This document shows positions 1 to 64,000 of a stretch of 64,000 nt of DNA, in pieces. Below the pieces are notes generated by a model, which saw nothing but the letters and a program-made list of their open reading frames with translations, did not search any database and was not told the origin of the DNA. Made by a program: the position numbers and the translations under genes. This DNA is from Octopus sinensis (lineage: Eukaryota), in the NCBI RefSeq assembly GCF_006345805.1, contig NC_043007.1:14694001-14758000 (forward strand). The letters run 5' to 3'. Each line of letters opens with the position of its first letter. The stretch's first letter is position 1.

Positions 1-284
1 AATGTACAGAATTCCTCATCTCTTAAATATAGATCTGTATGTGTTCTGTCTGTATCCCTGCAAATTTCAAATCTATCCTTAGCGCTGTGAAACACATTTT
101 GAGCCATTCCAGGAGTTATCTCCTGCAGTGCTAACTGAATGCATTGAATTCCAGCTAAATCCTTACTTCATCTTGGGAATGGCGGTAGAGAAAATGATTG
201 CAACCAAATTGAAGTCTCAACTGAAGATGGTATAAAGCTAGCTGCAGAGTGTTTATGATTATTTAGTTAATAATAATAATAATA

Positions 285-330
<46 letters not shown>

Positions 331-1830
331 GGATAATAATAATGATGATAATAATAATAATATTAATAATAATGATAATAATAATAATAATAACTAATTG
401 TCTAAAATATTCCCATTAGTCAATAGTAAGAATTTGTTTGTGTGTGCATCATCATCATCATCATCAGTAAGAGAAAGTCAGTTGCAGAAGTTAACTTTTT
501 CAACGGTTGTCATCATCATCAGAAACAGTTTAATCCCTCCATGGGGTGTTGTTACTTGACATTGAAAGAGATTATGACTTGTTACTTGACATTGAAAGAG
601 ATTTCGACTTTAGCAGTTACTAAGTGAGTTTCAACAGGAATGAAAATAAAATTATAAAATTATAAACAGAATAAAAAAATTCACATACTTTTAACACATA
701 TTAAACATGGCAAACATAGATAAAAGCAAATGAAAGAAAAAATGTTTGCTTTCACAGAAAGAGATAATTAATTCTGGGACATCCTGGATATATAAAGACC
801 TGCTGAGGTACAAATTCTCATTGTTTAGGTCACAGATGGTTCACGTTCTGTAATTAGGCCATCAAGGAGTGCTCTGTGGGCTTTGGACCTTTTCTAAGAA
901 TTTTCTAAATTTTATGTATTTGTGTGTCACTGAGCAATTGATGACTTTTAAATGGTCTTCTTTAATTTTTTGTTCTAGTGAAGGAAATGGGGGAATACAA
1001 AGGGATATTTTTCTATACTCTCTTTTACTTGTTTCAGTCATTTGACTGCGGCCATGCTGGAGCACCGCCTTTAGTCGAGGTAATCAACCCCAGGACTTAT
1101 TCTATCGGTGTCTTTTGCCGAACCGCTAAGTCACGGGGATGCAAACACACCAGCATTGGTTGTCAAGCAATGTTTGGGGGGACAAACACACACACATATA
1201 TATATATATACATATATATGACGGGCTTTTTTCAGTTTCCGTCTACCAAATCCACTCACAAGGCTTTGGTCGGCCCAAGGCTATAGTAGAAGGCACTTGA
1301 CCAAGGTGCCACGCAGTGGGACTGAACCTGGAACCATGTGGTTGGTAAGCAAGTTACTTACCACACAGCCACTCCTGCACCTATGATAGATATAATATAT
1401 TGAAAATGAATGATGTTTATTTACAACAAACACGTGATCTCAAAATGGAGAAACACAAGCTTACACACACACACACACACACTCTTTTATCCCTTTATGT
1501 TTCAGCTCAAAGGCTGTGGCCATGCTGGACCACTGCCAGCAGAAAATATCAATGCTTTGGGTGAGGGGCACTGATATTTTGATGAGTTTACTACACTGTA
1601 GTTTCTGTCTACCAAATCCATTTACAAGGCTTTGGTTGGCCTGGGGTTAGGATAGAAGACACTTGCCCAAGGTGCCATGCAGAGTAACTGAACCCAAAAC
1701 CCTGTGGTTGGGAAGCAAACGTCCTAGCCACATAACCATTTTCTGCACCTACAGATATTAACAGGGAACCAATAACTGTTTGTTTTGCGTGGCTGCTTGC
1801 TCCCTTGCGAGCCCCAACCAGAGACATTAC

Positions 1831-57782
<55,952 letters not shown>

Positions 57783-57957
57783 CAGATAAGGTCTGATACC
57801 TGAAAGAAATGAGAATATAATTTACAACTTAACCCTTTTGTCACCATATTTCTGTTGAGATGCTTTGTGTTTCTTTCAATTTCTTTAAATATAACAAAGA
57901 ATTTAGTAAAATAACTTAGTTATCATTAATCTAGTGTTAGGAACATAAGTTGTGACT

Positions 57958-58548
57958 AATTTTAAGAACATTTGAGGTAGTGGAGCCCATCAACTGACAG
58001 ACTAAGATTTGGTTGTTCCAGACTACTGTAAAGTTCTGAGAGGGAAGAATAAGTTAAAGGAGACAATACAGATTTTCTAATTATAGAAGTGGGGTAAAGG
58101 GGATGTCAGAGCTCCATATAAGGAATTTATGTAGAAGACATTTTTCTCCAAATTGAATAAATTTTAGATTTATATTTTTTCCTTTATTCTAACATGTCAA
58201 AGAACTTGGAACTTATTGACCAACTGTTGTGATGATGTGCATAGGGTTTGTAAGGTCTCTGCATTCTCTGTGAATGTTATTGTGACCATTTGACATTGAC
58301 CTAGTTCTCCTAACTCTGAATCTGTTCATCAAATAGTAGTAATTGGCATTTAGTAGTGACAATGCTGTCTTCTACATAAATTCCTCATATGGAGCTCTGG
58401 AATCCCCTTTACCCCATTTCTATAATTAGAAAATCTTTATTGTCTCCTTCCACTTATTCTTCCTTCTCAGAACCTTACAGTAGTCTGGAACAACCGAATC
58501 TTAGTCAGTCAGTTGATGGGCTCCACTATCTCAAATGTTCTTAAAATT
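57958..58548. repeat. Long inverted repeat, 183-bp arms, 225-bp loop
   Basis: 57958-58140 vs 58366-58548; 12 mismatches, no gaps by manual alignment. Confidence 0.95.
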
Positions 58549-58634
58549 TAAATCCACATCTTTGTCTATATATCTACCTTCTCTATAATGTTGCCACTTG
58601 ATATGAAAATTTTTGTATTAATGGAAAACCTCTA

Positions 58635-58727
58635 TAATTGGCTGATGAGTGCTCAGCATTTTAAAACTGTTGTAATACTTACAACATTTAATAAAATGAT
58701 GTAGTACGAAACGATCGTACCAAATTA
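58635..58727 (+). ncRNA. Type I hammerhead ribozyme motif, canonical core, extended helix II
   Basis: Helix I TTGG/CCAA (extends TAATTGG/CCAAATTA); core CTGATGA 58642-48; helix II GTGCT/AGTAC + CATTTTA/TAAAATG + TGTTGTAA/TTACAACA; GAAAC-GATC-GTA. Confidence 0.8.
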
Positions 58728-58853
58728 CCGGAGTCATTCTTGTTGCTTATTTTGATTATAATCACCCCACGGATTTTTATGGATAACACCATACAGAATT
58801 CTGGTGCATCTAAATTAAGTACATTATTCATTTGAATCTAAATTTTTGCTGAA

Positions 58854-58905
<52 letters not shown>

Positions 58906-59624
58906 CTACTGGACTGGCCAAATGTGTTTTTTACACACACATATATAATCATTAAAATTTACAAAAGTTACTCAAAGGCTAAATGTTTCGTGTATGGCCC
59001 TTATAAAAAATGTTTCGTTTTGTGAAATCATTTATTTTCTCGAAGTTTGCAGTCTTTTTATTTAGAATTACAGAAATAATTTCAGCTAATACTAATTAAA
59101 GTAATGTATCTATAGACTTTAATCAGTGTCAACAAGAAATTCTTTTAGAATTCACTTCATAAACATTGAAACTTTTGAGAAAATGAAGATAAATTAACAA
59201 GTCAAAACTTTTTAATTATACGAACAAAACATGCATATTACAATAAAACCACATATCGATCTCTCTCTTAATGTGTGTGTATATATAAAGACATGCGATT
59301 TATAATATTGATTTCTATCACAGACATAAGGCCAGATATTTAGACATTTTGGTGGGCGATGGAACAGTCGATTACATCGACTCAAGTACTTGATCGATGC
59401 TTTATCATATCGATGATGAAAAACAAAATTGATCTCAACGTGATTTGAACTCGGAAGTTAAAACAGCTGGAACAGACACCGCAAGGCATTTTCCCAGACT
59501 TTCTACCATTTCAGTCGATCCTACATGTATTATTTAATAACACTTTACATTTAAATTATGTCATAAATTTTTAGAGTGGAAGGAAGCACAAGTTTTAGGA
59601 GCTTGTGAGATTTCTTCCAACGGC

Positions 59625-59944
59625 ATTCTTTCGATATAACTCGACAAAAATCAAAACACTTCCTTTCGGGTATTTCCGTGGAAGCAGTTGACAGTTCGAT
59701 TCTGTTTTCTGCTTGGAAATTTTGCGGATTTTAAAGACACACATGAAACAGGGAAGAACAAACATGCAAGGCTTTTTTTTTTCTTCAAGTTTAAAATTAG
59801 ACATTGCTAGATATAATTTCATGGTCAAACAAAAGCGTTTGACCCGGTCATAAAAACAATTTAGTTTGACCAATCTATACTCCACAACCCACGGAAATAT
59901 CCGAAGTGAAATGTTTTGATTTTGTCGAGTTATATCGAAAGAAT
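59625..59944. repeat. Inverted repeat (56-57 bp arms, 207-bp spacer), MITE-like
   Basis: 59625-59681 vs 59889-59944. Confidence 0.85.
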
Positions 59945-60049
59945 ATATACATATATACACACATATATATATATATACACACACACATACATACACAACA
60001 CACACACACATATATATATATATATTATATATATATATATATACATACA

Positions 60050-60103
<54 letters not shown>

Positions 60104-60125
60104 CATACATATATATATATACATA

Positions 60126-60166
<41 letters not shown>

Positions 60167-60168
60167 AC

Positions 60169-60201
<33 letters not shown>

Positions 60202-60379
60202 CATATAGGTTATAAAATGAGATAGGGGTTGAAAATTCAACCCACCATGGGATAATATATATCCAATATACTGCCAGATAGGTACCCAACAAGATTAATA
60301 CATAGATGTTAAAAATTGTCAAACAATCAGTTCATCTATTGTATTATATGGGTAAAGGTAATAATATTACCGTAAATTA

Positions 60380-60565
60380 ATACTACAAAATTAGAGAATG
60401 GAGAAACATTACTTATATCTCTTTATCTTTTTACTATTACTGTATACCTCATTTTATATAATGCCTTTACTCATATGTAATGGTGTATTAAAGTATTGAT
60501 TGGGTATCATCGGATAGTTGATGTTTTATTGATTTAAGTATGTTTCTCCATTCTCTAATTTTGTA

Positions 60566-60569
<4 letters not shown>
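60380..60569. repeat. Perfect 30-bp inverted repeat with a 130-bp spacer, MITE-like
   Basis: atactacaaaattagagaatggagaaacat and its reverse complement at 60540-60569. Confidence 0.85.
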
Positions 60570-60630
<61 letters not shown>

Positions 60631-60719
60631 TATATATATATATATATACACACACACATATATACATATAAATACATATATATACATACACACACATATA
60701 TATATGTATGTATGTATTA

Positions 60720-61025
60720 AATAACAAATCTATTTCACGTGGATCGTATGTACATGCGAAGGCTTGTTGCTTTGACAACGCAGCAAAGATAGGATACGAG
60801 CATTAAGACAAAATACCAACCGAATTAAGAGTGTTCGGGTGTTAAACTTGAGCGGAAACCTTCTAGCAGAAAAGCTGAACCGAGAAATCCATTGGAAATC
60901 GATTTCTAAAGCGATCGACGTCGATGTTTTTCGTATTATCCCGCCAGCAAGCAAGGGAGATCACTCTGAGGATAATCTGTTGATACGTGGTTTGGGTCCA
61001 GCGGCTGAAGTGCTCGTTGTCAATT
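60720..61025. promoter_or_regulatory. Probable bidirectional promoter / 5'UTR region of MCM8 (-) and PRORSD1 (+)
   Basis: Unique, CpG-enriched segment between divergent genes. A candidate minus-strand 5'UTR donor (gttg/gtattt, exon ending 60817) would pair with the acceptor at 57800. Confidence 0.5.
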
Positions 61026-61112
61026 ATGGTTAACCCGTGCGCAAACAAGGAAGATCTCCTGCAGGTACTACAAGACCTCGATATCGAATACAATAACGTC
61101 GATCATCCTCCG
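61026..61112 (+). CDS. PRORSD1: Probable first coding exon of a PRORSD1/ProX (YbaK-family aminoacyl-tRNA deacylase) gene: MVNPCANKEDLLQVLQDLDIEYNNVDHPP
   Basis: ATG at 61026, 29 codons, phase-0 donor ccg/gtaaaa. L..L..L.I.Y..V.HPP resembles the recalled ProX/PRORSD1 N-terminus. Exon 2 was not found in the window. Confidence 0.6.
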
Positions 61113-64000
61113 GTAAAAAGATACATCTTTTAATTTGATTCTTTTATTATCACAAATTTAAATATATATATATAAATATGTGCACATATTTTGTATCCTA
61201 ACGTCAACGCCAAACAGGCGCTTAATGACTGTGTAAGCAATTTGTAAACGACATGTCCCAGTAATTTGTGTCACCAATACTGTCCGATCCAACACTCATC
61301 AAAATTTTAAAATAGATACTAGTCTTTATTCTGTTATAAACTAATTTACATCACTTTCCTTTATATGGTTCGGAGTCTCAGCTGTTCTGATATCAAATCT
61401 CCCGAGGGTCCATTATTGCATTTCATTATTCCGGGGTTATTGTTGTTTAGGTCAAAAGAGTTCTATTTTCATTTCATATACAGCGCATTTAGGACTACAT
61501 AATCCACTATGTGTCCTTTTTTTTCTAACACGGTAGGATGTGATCTGAAGGTGGTTTTGGCTGCTGTTTCTAGCAGTACGAGCTATGCGTAGACTATCTC
61601 TCTAGTTTTCTTAATCTCCCCCGAAGAATATTTTACGACTGTTAACTCCTTATAAAGTTACTATTTTACTTTTGTCATTAAAATTATTACCATGAAGCTA
61701 TTATTATAATATTATATTATTGTCCACGTGTGATTTGCTCGTGGGGCTTTCTATGGACAACGAACCTCGACCTGTAAACCTACTTCATGATCCTACAACT
61801 CTATGTGTATATTTATCACCTTAAATTATTTTATTAGTTTAAAATTTGTCTGGGTCTGATAGGAATACTGGACCTTCTACTTGAGGAATGACAGGTGAAA
61901 AAAGGAAAAATATATTCTAAGATTTGGAATACACACACACACACACACAACACTATAATAAAAAGTACTTTGAGAAGGATTAAAAAAGAAATAAACAATT
62001 ACATAACAAAAATTCCCGGGGCTGACACACCTACTCAACATGCAGAAAATAGCACTGCTTGTAGGTATAGCACACCTGAAATTCAAATACATGGGATATG
62101 TACAAAACAGGCCTCATTTTAAAGATGTTGGTAACAGATTTCATTTGGAACTGCACAGAGTTTTCTCCAGTTACCATGATTAAGATTTTTTTTTTTTTGG
62201 AAAATATAGCGAAACCTGTCATGAAATACAATTTGGTAGAAAGAAATTGCTTTTCTTTTTTCTCTTTTTCTTTTTTTGTGATTTTTACACCTGTATTTTA
62301 AATGATACTTGATTTGACAAATCAAGTAACACACCAGCATTCACATGTTTTCAGTTTATAAAGAAACTTGGAAGTATTTAGATTGTTGAAAATTCTCATA
62401 TTCAGCAAAAATTTTATCTGCAAATGAGATATAGTCAAAATTCAATTAATTTCACCCTGCTAATTAATGGGTAAATGAAAATATCTCAAAAATCTGTATG
62501 GTCAATTTTGATATGCTGGTTATTTTGATATGTGATTAAGAAAATAAATTAATTATATGATTAAGAAGCCCGTCATATATATGTATATATATATATGCGT
62601 GTGTGTGTTTGTGTGTCTGTGATTAAGGGGTTAAAGTGGTGAGCTGGCAGAAACATTAGCAGACCGGGCGAAATGCTTAGCGGTATTTCGTCTGCCGTTA
62701 CTTTCTGAGTTCAAATTCCGCTGAGGTTGACATTATCTTTCATCCTTTCAGGGTCAATAAATTAAGTACCAGTTATGCACTGGGGTCGATGTAATCAACT
62801 TAAGGTTGATATCAAAAGGGTTAAGAATTTACATTATTTACAATTGACGGATATTAGAACTGTAGGGTTAAGAATTGTTTCTCTATTACATATTTTAACC
62901 TTTTTATTACCATATTTCTGCTGGGATGCTCTGTTTCTTTCAATTAATTTTAAATATAACAAAGAATTTAGTAAAATAACTTAGTTATCATTAAGCTAGT
63001 CTTAGGAACATAAATTGTAACTGAAGTTTAGTGGTAGATTTTAATTCAAAATTTATAGAAACAAGACATTTGTATTACAGAGCCAGAAGCAGTTTCAGCC
63101 GGGTTGGTATCGAAAGAGTTAAAGCTTAAATCCTTTCTGAAGAATTTAAAATTGAAATATTTTTGGATACTATGGAAATCTGATGTCTTCATGAGAATGC
63201 ATCTCAGTTGTCAGAAACTGAATGATGCATTTTGATTTGTCTTGTTTATTAAAGATGGTCACATCAGGCATCAGTATAAGGAAGTTCTCTGATGTTGTTG
63301 TTGCAAGCATGGCTGTGTGGTAAGAAGTCTGTTTCCCAGCTACCTGGTTTTAGGTTCTGTCCCACTGCATGACACCTTGAGCAAGTGTCTTCTACTATAA
63401 CCCCAGGCTGACCAAATCTTTGTGAGTGGATTTGGTAGATGGAAACTGAAAGAGCCTGTTGTATGTATGTATAAATACGTGTGTGTGCTGATGCATGTGG
63501 TGTGTGTGTCAGTGTGTCCCTTTATCTTGATACCAGTTGATAGTTGTAAACAGGTGTGTGGAGGCACATGGCCTAGTGGTTAGAGTAGCGGACTCGCGGT
63601 CGAGGGATCATGGGTTCGAATCTCAGACCAGACGATGTGTGTATTTATGAGCAAAATACCTAAGCTCCATGTGGCTCTGGCGGAAGGTAATGGCAAAACT
63701 TTTGCTGACTCTTTCGCCACAACTTTCTCTCACTCTTTCCTCCTGCATCTTGTAGCTCACCTGCAATGGACCGGCGTCCCATCCATGTGGGGAACCTATA
63801 CGCCAAGGAAACCAGGAAACCGGCCCTTATGAGCCAGGCATAGCTCGAGAAGGAACAAACAACAAACAAACAGGTGTCAATGTCCTTCCTTTGCAATCTT
63901 CTGTGAAAACATGTCTGGTCACAGGGAATAAAATTACCTTGCTTGGAGATAGGTGAAAGTTGGAAACAGGCAGGGCACCAGGCCATAGAAAGTCCACCTT

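Noticed and set aside
170-245. AG...GTAAGG-bounded segment on the minus strand as the next MCM8 exon
   Set aside because: The open frame (LALYHLQLRL...) has no similarity to the expected DFYLELR/ITTRQLES region.
59240-61090. DRE/E2F-like motifs (tatcgat, ttatcccgcc) near the MCM8 promoter
   Set aside because: None is an exact TATCGATA or TTTSSCGC consensus; expected by chance.
62135-62230. GAAACCTGTC with upstream tttcat/atgaaa complement
   Set aside because: No acceptable CUGANGA or UUGANAA core and no helix II.
63563-63640. tRNA-like sequences (also SINE heads at about 11575-11649, 28720-28795 and 53305-53380)
   Set aside because: They continue into SINE bodies and lack a proper acceptor stem and terminator; not tRNA genes.

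Overview
AT-rich, repeat-dense animal genomic DNA. The SINE families resemble those of octopod cephalopods; this is my recognition only and cannot be verified here. The window is dominated by an MCM8 gene on the minus strand. I assembled 24 GT-AG coding exons (57782 down to 1831; 2022 nt, 674 codons, phases all compatible) with intact Zn-finger, Walker A/B and SRFD motifs; the 3' end runs off the left edge. An intronless MAP10/KIAA1383-like gene (22777-25269, +) is nested antisense in the intron between coding exons 16 and 17, with a perfect RFX X-box about 380 bp upstream. A probable PRORSD1/ProX first exon (61026-61112, +) lies head-to-head with MCM8. Introns are filled with tRNA-derived SINEs, CR1-type LINE ends, non-autonomous Helitrons, a decayed mariner, piggyBac-like and pogo-like MITEs, a Penelope-like RT fragment and microsatellites. 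The most unusual signal is a set of eight type I hammerhead-ribozyme-like motifs from five unrelated repeat families. They include an intact canonical one with a long helix II, a U3-A8 compensatory variant, and a tRNA-headed SINE with a hammerhead tail inserted twice as TSD-flanked head-to-head fold-backs, consistent with a Penelope-mobilised SINE. Several long inverted repeats are also present. Repeat boundaries are approximate unless a TSD or TIR is given; gene names rest on recalled protein sequences, not database searches.
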